A program made the position numbers and the translations under genes. Positions 1 to 9,127 of a stretch of DNA of 49,318 nt are shown in pieces. The notes under the pieces were generated by a model, which ran no database searches, was not told where the DNA came from, and saw only the letters and a list, made by a program, of their open reading frames with translations. The first letter of the stretch is position 1. The number at the start of each line of letters is the position of its first letter. Source of the DNA: Candidatus Kaiserbacteria bacterium (GTDB lineage: Bacteria; Patescibacteriota; Minisyncoccia; Phycocordibacterales; UBA2100); NCBI GenBank assembly GCA_016186695.1, contig JACPLC010000003.1:1-49318 (forward strand). The letters are read 5' to 3'.

Positions 1-684
1 AAGCTCTTCAGGTGTCAGCTTGTTGAGACTGAAGTTGAGCGTATCGCCCTGTGTACCCTGCATCGTCATCTGAATGTAGACTTTGTCTGCCACCAGAGGG
101 AACGCAACGGTTATTGGATTATCCTTCGTGAAGACTTTCCACGTGCCGCTTGTTGCATCCTTTCCATCGTACATATCCACTGCCGTGCCATCGGCCTTGA
201 ACTCGCGCGTAAATTTCGCGTCGTCGACGCTCTGCCATTTGCCGACGATGCTCTCGCTCACGATAAGTCCGACGTCCTGCTTGATACCGCCTCCCTCGCC
301 GGCATCGCCCCAGTTCCACGGCGGCGAGTCGGTGCTCGGCACAGGATTGCAGACCGCGCTCTCACTGCCTACGGTAAGCTGCACTTCCTCTCCCGCGCCG
401 ACGAACACAATGACGCTGTCTCCGGCACTGCCTTCATAGCGTGCGCCTGCCGTTGATTCCTTCTGCTGCAACGTAACGTCTCCCGTAAACATGCCCTGTG
501 ATCCCGCAGAAAGTTTGATGGACGTCACGTCGGCCGAAGGCGACATCGTAAACTGCGAACCGTTGTCGCATGTGTACGCGTACGTACCCAAATCTTCCGC
601 GACGGGAGCATTGCTCTGCTGCATTACAAAATACCCGCCAATAAGAATTACTATTAAAACTACTACCCACACTAAGCCTTTCAT
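1..684 (-). CDS. Membrane-anchored/secreted protein with MliC/PliC-like N-terminal domain and lipocalin-like C-terminal domain; runs off the window edge
   Basis: Not in the ORF track. Manual translation from ATG at 684 is open to position 1: MKGLVWVVVLIVILIGGYFVMQ (TM) ...YTCDNGSQF...ESTAGARYEG...VCNP...IVGKWQS...FKADGT...SGTWKV. Confidence 0.75.
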   Translation of the reverse strand, partial: MKGLVWVVVLIVILIGGYFVMQQSNAPVAEDLGTYAYTCDNGSQFTMSPSADVTSIKLSAGSQGMFTGDVTLQQKESTAGARYEGSAGDSVIVFVGAGEEVQLTVGSESAVCNPVPSTDSPPWNWGDAGEGGGIKQDVGLIVSESIVGKWQSVDDAKFTREFKADGTAVDMYDGKDATSGTWKVFTKDNPITVAFPLVADKVYIQMTMQGTQGDTLNFSLNKLTPEEL

Positions 685-825
685 GAACGACAGTATGCAG
701 AATCGATCGCCGATGTCAAAGAGGATAAGGTAAGTGCATATGGCGGCCTCGCAGGGTAACGAAACGACAACGTCTCTTCTCTCGGATCATAACAGCCGGC
801 TTGCCCGCCTACGCCAACAAACCAG

Positions 826-1230
826 CTACATCTCCGAGGGTTGGAGCAAACTTACACGATTGCCTTCCGTGTCTTCGATAGAGATATACAAACCAACACC
901 TGGGATCATGTCGGGCTCTTTGCCCTTGCTCGCTCCGATGATTTTTCCCCCACCCTCTTCTACCCTTTTCATGGCAGCCTTGATGTCGTCGACCGCAATA
1001 ACCACGGAAGGATACTGGTTTTCCTTCGATTTCTTGAAAAAACCACCATCTATCATACCGGGATTTTTCGGCCGATTCGTTTTTGCGTCTGTTTCGGAGG
1101 TCATGACGACGACGTAGTCGCCCATCTCAGGCCCGAGCTTGTTTGCCTGCCAGCCAAATGCTTTCGAATAAAAATCCGCCATACGATTCTTGTCCTCGTA
1201 CGGCATCTCAAAGTGAACCACTGGATTCAT
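826..1230 (-). CDS. VOC/glyoxalase family protein
   Basis: N-terminal VVHFEMP...ADFYSKAFGW, internal IAVDDI, C-terminal IEDTEGNRVSLLQ. Confidence 0.9.
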   Translation of the reverse strand: MNPVVHFEMPYEDKNRMADFYSKAFGWQANKLGPEMGDYVVVMTSETDAKTNRPKNPGMIDGGFFKKSKENQYPSVVIAVDDIKAAMKRVEEGGGKIIGASKGKEPDMIPGVGLYISIEDTEGNRVSLLQPSEM

Positions 1231-1390
1231 ACGATTTTTGTTAATAACTAATGCGGACGGGCATTATAGCAAATGACCTCGTTTTACTGGCCATCTCGGG
1301 CTAGAACCCTGATCGGCTAATCCCTGTTTGACGGAATAAGTGCATTTTACATGACCGAAACGACAGGTCTCGGGCAGACACACTTTAAAT

Positions 1391-1888
1391 TCATTCGACC
1401 ACAGCTTTATTGAACTTTTCCGCTACTTTATTCCAGGCAAACTTTATCTCGTCGTCATTAGCACTCCCTACCAACTGGAGACGGTAAATACCCCAGCGAT
1501 CGACTTCCATCGACATCGTTTCGAGATCGTCGTTCCATTTCTCAGCCGAAACTAACTGCAGCGAAATATTGGGATTGTTTAATTCTTCCCGCAACCCTGT
1601 TGTCACATCCTCCGCGAACTTACTTATCTTATTTGCCATACGCTTGCTTCCCGGAAAAAAATGGAGATTGAGTTGAATATACGAACCCCATCCCTTAAAA
1701 GGGGAGGTCGTTAAACCAGCAGAACTTGCAATTGTCTCGATACCTGTTTGTCGTATTGCTCTTATTGCCGGTACAATCTCGATATCAAGATTAGATTCGT
1801 CCGGATCTGGACCTAAAACCCATCTCCGTTTATTTTGTTGTTCAGAATCAAACCGCCCAAGGGGTACAGGTTTTCGTTCCTTGTCCAT
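1391..1888 (-). CDS. Hypothetical protein (AT-richer, downstream of tRNA-Gln)
   Basis: 165-aa ORF; TATAAT lies 8 nt before the ATG; no family recognised. Confidence 0.7.
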   Translation of the reverse strand: MDKERKPVPLGRFDSEQQNKRRWVLGPDPDESNLDIEIVPAIRAIRQTGIETIASSAGLTTSPFKGWGSYIQLNLHFFPGSKRMANKISKFAEDVTTGLREELNNPNISLQLVSAEKWNDDLETMSMEVDRWGIYRLQLVGSANDDEIKFAWNKVAEKFNKAVVE

Positions 1889-1979
1889 ATTAACTCATTA
1901 TACCGCTTCGATTTGATTTCCTAAGTAAGCGTCGCGAACCGCTCAGGGTCGCTAATCGTTTCATGCCGGCTCAATTTTG

Positions 1980-2050
1980 CTGGGGAGTAGGGACTCGAAC
2001 CCCAATTAACGGGACCAAAACCCGCTGTCCTACCATTAGACGACTCCCCA
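1980..2050 (-). tRNA. tRNA-Gln(TTG)
   Basis: Acceptor TGGGGAG/CTCCCCA; anticodon arm GCGGG-TT TTG GT-CCCGT; T-loop TTCGAGT. Confidence 0.96.
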
Positions 2051-2140
2051 ATACGCCTTGAGGATACCAGACATCCGACAACATTGCATATCAATATTGG
2101 TATTTGCTTATTCGTTTGAATTAACAAATAATAATCAGTG

Positions 2141-2425
2141 ATGGCCGACAAGCACAATTACATTGTCGAAACTGAACGGGTCTTCAAGGCGCTGGCCAAT
2201 AGGCGACGGCTAATGATTGTTCAGCTTCTTCGGGCAAAAGGCCGAAGAGACGTTGGTTCAATCGCTGAGCACATACGGCTTTCTTTTGCTGCCACTTCGA
2301 GGCACTTGCGCGTGCTTGCGAACGCCGACCTTGTGGAAAGCGAACAGGTAAATACCACGGTCAACTATTATCTACCCAGATCTCGAAATGCTGTACTCGA
2401 TACGGCACTTAGAATATTGCAGTAA
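2141..2425 (+). CDS. ArsR/SmtB family HTH transcriptional regulator
   Basis: FKALANRRRLMIV...SFAATSRHLRVL...LVESEQ. Confidence 0.9.
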   Translation: MADKHNYIVETERVFKALANRRRLMIVQLLRAKGRRDVGSIAEHIRLSFAATSRHLRVLANADLVESEQVNTTVNYYLPRSRNAVLDTALRILQ

Positions 2426-2494
2426 CTTCTTTAGACGTTAATTCCAGCGCACCTATATTTGTTTATTCAATTGAATTAGCAAATTTGATCCGTC

Positions 2495-3532
2495 TCAACC
2501 ATCCTCACAAATTTCAATAACCGCAAGTTCGAGCGGCAGGTGTGGCACGGCGGCATAGGCCATTTGTGAGTACGCTTCGAGGAGCGCGCGGAGCGTATCG
2601 GAATTCACGCCGCGCTCTTTGACAAGCGACTTTGCGAGCACGAGGTCGGTTTCCGAAAGCTCTTTCGAGAACGACTCTGCAAGCTCCGGCGCATAGCGCA
2701 TAAGGAGGACGACGCGCATCCGATGGATGAGAAGCTTGGCGAGCGTGCGCGCATCCATGTTTTCTGATACAGCTTGCTGTATCACCCCGAGCGCAGTCGA
2801 GGGGCTTTTTTTTGCGATTCCTTCCAGAAGTGCACGGACGAGTTCCCCGCGCGGGGCACCAGAAACAGCTTCGACTTCTGCGATTTCCACTTTTTTATTG
2901 TCCGAAACCGCAAGCACTTTTTGTAATATCGAAAGTGCGTCACGAAAAGACCCCTCGGCCAAAAGCGCAACGAGCTCTGCCGCAGAGCGCTCGAGCGAAA
3001 AGCCTTCTTTTTTTGCTACGTCGGCGACGACCTCCGCGAGCATCTCGCGTGTCGGCTGTTTAAAAGAATATATTTCGCAGCGCGACTGTATCGTCTCCGG
3101 CACCTTGTCGCGCTCGGTCGTCGCCAAGACGAATATCGCGTGCGCGGGCGGTTCTTCGAGTGTTTTTAAAAACGCATTCCATGCGTCTTTGGTGAGCATG
3201 TGAGCCTCGTCGATAATGTAAAACTTGTAGGGCGATTCGAAGGGCATCACATAGACACCCTCACGCAAGCTACGGATGTCGTCGATGCCGCGGTTCGAGG
3301 CCGCGTCGATCTCGTACAGATCTTTCGACGAAACGCCAAGCTCTTTTGCCAAGATGCGTGCGACCGAGGTCTTTCCCGTCCCGCGGCTTCCAGAAAAGAG
3401 GTACGCATGCGCGACCTTTTTATGCTTTATCGCCTTCTCGAGCGTGTCAGTCACCTGCGGCTGACCGTGTACTTCCTTGAAGCTCTGCGGCCGGTACACC
3501 CGATATAGTGTCGTCGAGCCAGCCTTTTTCAT
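2495..3532 (-). CDS. dnaX: DNA polymerase III subunit gamma/tau (compact, 345 aa)
   Basis: LYRVYRPQSF, Walker A GSRGTGKT, EIDAAS, IIDEAHML, LKTLEEPP, SRC motif. Confidence 0.96.
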   Translation of the reverse strand: MKKAGSTTLYRVYRPQSFKEVHGQPQVTDTLEKAIKHKKVAHAYLFSGSRGTGKTSVARILAKELGVSSKDLYEIDAASNRGIDDIRSLREGVYVMPFESPYKFYIIDEAHMLTKDAWNAFLKTLEEPPAHAIFVLATTERDKVPETIQSRCEIYSFKQPTREMLAEVVADVAKKEGFSLERSAAELVALLAEGSFRDALSILQKVLAVSDNKKVEIAEVEAVSGAPRGELVRALLEGIAKKSPSTALGVIQQAVSENMDARTLAKLLIHRMRVVLLMRYAPELAESFSKELSETDLVLAKSLVKERGVNSDTLRALLEAYSQMAYAAVPHLPLELAVIEICEDG

Positions 3533-4572
3533 GCCGACACTATACCATCCTGAAGAATGCTAGTTGCTTCACCCACATTATTTGTCGCCATCATCCTCAC
3601 CCGGAGTTCTTTCGCGCCGTTCCAGCCGGAGATATATGCCTTGAAGTGCTTTTTCATAACGGTATAGCTTGTCGTATCTGAAAGAAGTTCATCGAAGAGT
3701 GCGAGGTGCTCCAAAAGCGCTTGTATTCTATCCTCTGGACTATGTTCTAATTCGCGCGAATTAGAAAATAGCCACGGGTTGCCAAAGATAGCGCGGCCGA
3801 GCATTACGCCATCGCACTTCGTCTCTTCTGCCTTCGCTCGCGCGTCGTTTAAGTCTTCTACATCTCCATTCCCAATTATCAGCGTCTGTGGCAAGGTCTT
3901 ACCTTGCCATTTGTTGCGAATCTCCACTGCATGTTTGATGCGATCCCAGTGTGCTGGTACATCCGACATTTCTTTGCGCGTACGTGCGTGGAGCGTGATC
4001 GCTGCAAGGTTCTCCGCGAGCAATTCCGGCAGCCACGTCTCAAGCTCATCTTTGTTGTACCCGATGCGAGTCTTTACCGAAACCGGCAAACCGGATTTTG
4101 CGGCGGCACGGATGAGTTTGCGCGCGAGCGCAGGACTTTTGATAAGCGCTGCGCCGCAGCCTCCCTTTTCGACGGCCCGATCAGGACATCCCATGTTGAC
4201 ATCGACACCGTCAAAGCCGAGCTCCGCGACAAGCGCCGAAGCTCTCTCAATGTTTTCAGGGACCGAACCGAAAATCTGCGCGACGATCGGTCGCTCGGAT
4301 TCGGAATAGATAAGTTTTTTACGAAGTTTTCTCTGTCCTTCCTCGTGCGCAAGCACTAAGCCATCGGCCGAGGTAAATTCAGTGAACATTACATCGGGCC
4401 CGCCTACGCGAAACGCTTCGGCGGGTAAACTTTCCTTTGATTCGTCTCCAACATCGCGTCCACCGTATTTCGAGTATTTCGCTATTAATCTTCGAAACGC
4501 CGCGTCAGTCACGTCCTCGAGCGGAGCGAGTGCGAAAAATGGCTTCGGCAATTTTTCCCAGAAGTTTTGCAT
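3529..4572 (-). CDS. dus: tRNA-dihydrouridine synthase
   Basis: LAPLEDVTD, DVNMGCP, VSVKTRIG, LHART, IGNGDV, GVMLGRA; start placed at MQNFW. Confidence 0.93.
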   Translation of the reverse strand: MQNFWEKLPKPFFALAPLEDVTDAAFRRLIAKYSKYGGRDVGDESKESLPAEAFRVGGPDVMFTEFTSADGLVLAHEEGQRKLRKKLIYSESERPIVAQIFGSVPENIERASALVAELGFDGVDVNMGCPDRAVEKGGCGAALIKSPALARKLIRAAAKSGLPVSVKTRIGYNKDELETWLPELLAENLAAITLHARTRKEMSDVPAHWDRIKHAVEIRNKWQGKTLPQTLIIGNGDVEDLNDARAKAEETKCDGVMLGRAIFGNPWLFSNSRELEHSPEDRIQALLEHLALFDELLSDTTSYTVMKKHFKAYISGWNGAKELRVRMMATNNVGEATSILQDGIVSA

Positions 4573-4613
4573 TCGCGCACGATACCATATCCCCCATTTC
4601 ATGAAGCACAGCA

Positions 4614-4642
4614 TTGACGTCGTTCTCTATAAACGCTATAAG
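4614..4642 (+). promoter_or_regulatory. Sigma70-type promoter for the 4703 ORF
   Basis: TTGACG-17 nt-TATAAG. Confidence 0.55.
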
Positions 4643-4702
4643 CTCTCGCAGGAGGCCACATCAAACCCTTTTCCTCCTAAGGGTAAATGCAGGGGAAACG
4701 AA

Positions 4703-4969
4703 ATGCCCGAAATCAGACGTCTAGGTCGGCCTATCCTCGTACAAGAGGAGCGCCGAGCAATCGCAAATAGAAAGACGCAGCAAGTTTCTGCGAGGGGGCT
4801 GGTTAGCTCTCTCGCAAGCCTTCTCGAGCGGGACGAGCCACTCGAGGACGACGTCGTCGCCGTCCTCGCAGATATGCGCTATCTCGACTGCATACCGTTC
4901 GAAGCATTGTTGCTGATCGACCGGTTACTCCAAAAGTATCCGCCGAAGAGACCGCCTAGCAGAATCTGA
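4703..4969 (+). CDS. Small hypothetical protein (88 aa)
   Basis: 3' part of ORF 4382..4969; AGGGG SD-like motif upstream; flanked by a promoter and a terminator. Confidence 0.6.
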   Translation: MPEIRRLGRPILVQEERRAIANRKTQQVSARGLVSSLASLLERDEPLEDDVVAVLADMRYLDCIPFEALLLIDRLLQKYPPKRPPSRI

Positions 4970-4994
4970 ATCAGATTCCGCAAAGCACTCGCTT

Positions 4995-5024
4995 GAGCGG
5001 CCTCACACAGGCCGCTCCTTTTTT
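4995..5024 (+). terminator. Intrinsic terminator
   Basis: GAGCGGCCT-cacac-AGGCCGCTC followed by CTTTTTT. Confidence 0.8.
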
Positions 5025-5943
5025 ATGGAGCCGTTTGTTGCGCAGCACCTTTCAACTTATAGTAGACGCGATTGCCGAAGCGGAGGTCGATATATTCGAG
5101 CTCACCTTCTTTGCCGCGCAACGCTTCGGACGCAAGAATAAGTTCGAGATTTTTTACGAGTAAACCGACGTCGGTCCCGAATGTCGCATGGATCTCAAAG
5201 CCGCGCGAAAGCTCTACCGAGAAATCTTGTTCACCCTCGACCGAAACTTTTTCGGCAGATATGCCCGCCTGCCCCAAACGCTCGAGAAGCGTGAGAATTC
5301 CCGCAAATCGTCCCGGTAAATATGTTTGCCCGATCGGGGAGGATCCTTCGGAGATTGAACCTTCGAAAATGTACGACGATGTAAAACGCGTAGTGCTCGT
5401 CGCGGAGGCAAATATAAATCCGGTCGTATCCACCGCGTAACACTCTGTGGCTGCACCTGCCCTGAGCGTTGTCGAAGGGCACCAGCGGGCAAACGCTTCG
5501 CGTTCATGTACAGAAACGCTGATCGCGTTTGCAAGCAGCGATTCGCGGGAAATCTTTGCGCTCTCAATGCGCGGAAAATATTCCCTTAGCCCCATCTCGA
5601 TCGCACCGCGCGGATAGAAAAAGATGTTGCGTGGAGAGAGATACGCAAACGAATTGCTTTCGAGTTTGTTATCCACAAAGGTGCGGATTTGGTCTGGCTG
5701 GATATCGTTTGTTCCGGCAACTTCGATATGCTGAATGGAAAACCGCGGGAGGTACGACGCGAAACTCACGCCGTATGCGACAATCGCGAGGAGTACAGCA
5801 AGCGAAAGGAGTACGACTGTGCGCGTGCGTCTCCGGCGCGTGCGCAGGGGCGAACGCCTCGCGGGCGGATCTCTAAACGCGAGTGGGCGCGTCATGTGCC
5901 CCGGCTTTCTCTTTCTTAAATCAACGACTCGTCCTGATTTCAT
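5023..5943 (-). CDS. ftsQ: Cell division protein FtsQ/DivIB-like
   Basis: Basic N-terminus, one TM helix, POTRA-like IQHIEVAG...FPRIESAKI...VSVHER, C-terminal YIDLRFGNRVYYK. Confidence 0.8.
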   Translation of the reverse strand: MKSGRVVDLRKRKPGHMTRPLAFRDPPARRSPLRTRRRRTRTVVLLSLAVLLAIVAYGVSFASYLPRFSIQHIEVAGTNDIQPDQIRTFVDNKLESNSFAYLSPRNIFFYPRGAIEMGLREYFPRIESAKISRESLLANAISVSVHEREAFARWCPSTTLRAGAATECYAVDTTGFIFASATSTTRFTSSYIFEGSISEGSSPIGQTYLPGRFAGILTLLERLGQAGISAEKVSVEGEQDFSVELSRGFEIHATFGTDVGLLVKNLELILASEALRGKEGELEYIDLRFGNRVYYKLKGAAQQTAP

Positions 5944-7192
5944 TCTTGCCCATGTAGCCCCGCAGAGCCTCGGGGATTGTTATCGAGCCGTCAGCCTGTT
6001 GATTGTTCTCGACGATTTGCGTGAGGATTCGCGGAGTCGCGAGCGCAGTGTTGTTGAGCGAATGCACGTAGCGCAGTGTGCCGTCTTCGTCGCGGTAGCG
6101 GATGTTGAGGCGACGTGTCTGGAAATCGTGGAAGTACGAAGAGGAATGCGTCTCGCGATACTTCTTCTCGCTCGGCATCCACGCCTCGATGTCATACTTT
6201 TTCACCTGCCCCAAACCAAGGTCAGCCCCGCAATTTATGACGACGTGGTAGGGAAGCTGGAGCTCCTGCAAAAGCTTCTCTGCATTCTCGGTGATTTCCT
6301 CGTGGAGGCGGACGGATTCCTCGTGCTTCGCCTCGCACAAAAGCACCTGCTCGAACTTCTGAAATTCATGGATTCGGAAAATCCCCTTCGTATCCTTGCC
6401 ATGACTTCCCGCCTCGCGGCGAAAGCAGGGCGAGAATGAGAAAAACTTCAGCGGCAGATCGTTCTTCTCCAAGACCTCGTCCATGTAGTAACCCATCGTC
6501 GCTACCTCCGCGGTTCCCGCGAGGTAATCGCCGTCTTGCGTTTTGTAGAGATCTTCCTCACTCTGCGGCAGGTAGCCGGTGCCGACGAAACTCTCGCGCC
6601 GCACGAGCGAGGGCACGATCATCGGCGTAAAGCCTTTATCGGCAAACCTATCCTGCACGAATCGCTCGAGCGCCCATACCATGCGCGCGCCGTCGTTCTT
6701 AAGAAAGTAGCCGCGAAAGCCTGCAACCTTCGCGCCGCGCTCGTAATCAGCCATATCGTGCATGAGAAGGAGTTCCGTGTGGCTCTTGGGCTCGAAGGCA
6801 AACATGGGCTTTTCTCCCCATGAACGTATTTCTTTGTTGTCTGCATCCGAATCCCCTTCAGGTACCGAAACATCGGGCACATTGGGCACCTGCACCATGA
6901 GCGACCGCCACTCTTTGAGGATACCCTGCATGGATTCCTCTTCGAGTCGAAGCGTTTCTTTCACTTCCTGCATACGCGCGATAATTTTTTGTTTCTCGCC
7001 GGTGTCTTTGGCAGAGGTTATCGCGTCCGAGGCAGCGTTTTGCTCCGCGCGTTTCTCATCTATCTTCGCCTGCAGCTCACGGCGTTTGTCGTCGAGCGCA
7101 ATCAGTGCATCGAGGTTTATCTCGATGTGTTTCTTCTTTGCTCCCGCCGCGACAATATCCTTATTCTCGCGGATGAATTTGATGTCGAGCAT
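5921..7192 (-). CDS. serS: Serine--tRNA ligase
   Basis: MLDIKFIREN start, N-terminal coiled coil, LAGTAE, CFRREAGS, RIHEFQKFEQ, HSLNNTALA. Confidence 0.97.
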   Translation of the reverse strand: MLDIKFIRENKDIVAAGAKKKHIEINLDALIALDDKRRELQAKIDEKRAEQNAASDAITSAKDTGEKQKIIARMQEVKETLRLEEESMQGILKEWRSLMVQVPNVPDVSVPEGDSDADNKEIRSWGEKPMFAFEPKSHTELLLMHDMADYERGAKVAGFRGYFLKNDGARMVWALERFVQDRFADKGFTPMIVPSLVRRESFVGTGYLPQSEEDLYKTQDGDYLAGTAEVATMGYYMDEVLEKNDLPLKFFSFSPCFRREAGSHGKDTKGIFRIHEFQKFEQVLLCEAKHEESVRLHEEITENAEKLLQELQLPYHVVINCGADLGLGQVKKYDIEAWMPSEKKYRETHSSSYFHDFQTRRLNIRYRDEDGTLRYVHSLNNTALATPRILTQIVENNQQADGSITIPEALRGYMGKNEIRTSR

Positions 7193-7338
7193 GTTAGATT
7201 TTGTTACGAGCAAAGCGAGTTAGAAAATCTTACACCCTGTTAAATCCTCGCGCGACGCGCGAGGCCGGCAAAGCCGGATTTAACAGGGTCATCGTACTGT
7301 CTGCCGCTCGCAAAGCTCGCATGCATACAGTACGATGA
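7193..7338. mobile_element. Putative non-autonomous hairpin/inverted-repeat cassette (empty counterpart of 15954..16328)
   Basis: Left hairpin with CGAGCAAAGCGAG loop; IR ACCCTGTTAAAT/ATTTAACAGGGT (7234-7289) enclosing two mini hairpins; right 12-bp hairpin 7289-7338. Confidence 0.65.
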
Positions 7339-7345
7339 TAGCATC

Positions 7346-8212
7346 ATGGACGACTCGCTCAAATTGATTTCCCCTTCCGATTTCCCGCCGCTCTTGCGAC
7401 AAATCCCCGACGCACCGAAGCAGCTCTACCTGCGCGGTAAGCTTCCGAGCACGGAGCTCTCATGGCTTTCGGTCGTCGGCTCGCGGGCTCTCACTCCCTA
7501 CGGCATTGCCGTCTGCAAACACTTAATAGAGGGACTGCGCGGCTATCCGGTTGTGATTGTCTCCGGCTTGGCATACGGAGCTGATGCGGCCGCCCACTAT
7601 GCCGCGCTCGAAGTCGGCTTGCCTGCCGTGGCCGTCCCTGGAAGCGGTTTGCACTGGAACACGCTCTACCCACGTGCAAACGTCGGCCTCGCGCGTGAAA
7701 TTCTGAAAGCCGGCGGGGCACTCGTATCAGAGTTCGAACCAGAAACAAAAGCCGCCGATTGGACCTTTCCGAAACGAAATCGGATTATGGCGGGGCTCTC
7801 GCGCGCAACCCTGATCGTCGAGGCGAAAGAACTCTCCGGTTCACTCATCACTGCGCGACTTACTGTGGAGTACAACCGCGAACTCCTCGTTGTCCCCGGC
7901 TCGATTTTTTCAGAGGAGAGCAAAGGAACACATCAATTCTTGCGTCTCGGCGCAACGCCGGTGACGAGTCCGGAGGACATTCTTGTTGCGCTCGGCATCG
8001 CAAAGCGCGATGAGAGCGAGACCCTTACCTCGCTTCGCGAAGATCTCTCCGACGAGGAGCTGCGGGTCATCGAAATCATTAAATCTCCCCTCTCCCGCGA
8101 TGAGCTGATTCAGACGCTGGAACTACCCATCACCGAAGCTAACATCCTTCTCTCGACCATGGAGATTAAAGGCCTTATCATAGAGGAACTGGGTGTCGTT
8201 CGCATACGATAA
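7346..8212 (+). CDS. dprA: DNA-processing protein DprA
   Basis: VVGSRA, IVSGLAYGADAAAH, FPKRNRIMAGLS, SGSLITA. Confidence 0.96.
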   Translation: MDDSLKLISPSDFPPLLRQIPDAPKQLYLRGKLPSTELSWLSVVGSRALTPYGIAVCKHLIEGLRGYPVVIVSGLAYGADAAAHYAALEVGLPAVAVPGSGLHWNTLYPRANVGLAREILKAGGALVSEFEPETKAADWTFPKRNRIMAGLSRATLIVEAKELSGSLITARLTVEYNRELLVVPGSIFSEESKGTHQFLRLGATPVTSPEDILVALGIAKRDESETLTSLREDLSDEELRVIEIIKSPLSRDELIQTLELPITEANILLSTMEIKGLIIEELGVVRIR

Positions 8213-8213
8213 A

Positions 8214-9050
8214 ATGAAAATCTACTCGTGGAACATATTCTTCCGCAACGGGAAACTTGAGCGGGCATTCAAGTTCATCAAGGAACTCGATTACGATGTG
8301 CTCTGTCTGCAGGAAGTACCGGAGGAATTTCTTGATAAGCTCCGAAAACTGCCGGTGCACATCGCCTTCGCGCCCGACGTCGATCGCATCTATCCCGAAC
8401 GGATCGAGCGCAACTTCCTTGTCATCTTGAGTCGCCATCCCATAGTCGCGCACAGCGCGTTCGCGCTCGAGGTACCCTTTCAACCGCTACGCACGCGGCT
8501 ATTCGCAAAAGCGATGCGCCCCATCTACTGGTCGCGTGTGCGAAACCGCCACGGCTTTTTTGCAGACATTCAGATTGAAGAGCTTCCAACACCCGTGCGT
8601 GTCTTTTGTCTCCACCTGACTCTCGCGCATCCCGAAGCGCGCCGCAGAGAATTCGAGATTGCGATGCGTGAGTATGACGCTACGCTTCCTACTATCGTCT
8701 GTGGAGACTTCAACATTCTCGACACGCCGCTCGTCGCGCCGTTCAACTGGCTGCTCGGCGGACGCGTGAGCGACGCACTCCGCTACCAGCGTGAACGTGC
8801 GCAATTCGAGGAACGCATCGCTCGCTTAGGCCTCGCAAATCCTCTGAACGGCAAGCGAACGCACCTTATTAGCGGACAGCTCGATCACATCCTTATTTCC
8901 CAAAATCTCTCCATCGAATCCGCGCACGTGGTTTCGGAGCGCATCGGTTCGGACCACTATCCGATCCACGTTGAGATTGATATTGAGATGCCGTATTTAG
9001 CAGAAAAACTAGAGACTGAGAGCCTTCAGCAGAAGGTTGTCAGAATGTAA
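8214..9050 (+). CDS. Endonuclease/exonuclease/phosphatase (EEP) family protein
   Basis: SWNI, DVLCLQEV, CGDFN, LDHILIS, SDHYPI. Confidence 0.92.
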   Translation: MKIYSWNIFFRNGKLERAFKFIKELDYDVLCLQEVPEEFLDKLRKLPVHIAFAPDVDRIYPERIERNFLVILSRHPIVAHSAFALEVPFQPLRTRLFAKAMRPIYWSRVRNRHGFFADIQIEELPTPVRVFCLHLTLAHPEARRREFEIAMREYDATLPTIVCGDFNILDTPLVAPFNWLLGGRVSDALRYQRERAQFEERIARLGLANPLNGKRTHLISGQLDHILISQNLSIESAHVVSERIGSDHYPIHVEIDIEMPYLAEKLETESLQQKVVRM

Positions 9051-9127
9051 TAATTGTGGCATAACATATAGAGTTGCGGTTCTCGGTTGCGTGGCGTACT
9101 CACTCCATCAATTGAAAGGACCAGGCG

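Noticed and set aside
2806-2813. A8 run (A AAA AAA) in dnaX as a programmed frameshift site
   Set aside because: It lies near codon 241 of an already gamma-sized protein, so a shift would cut into the clamp-loader collar. No stimulatory element was identified.
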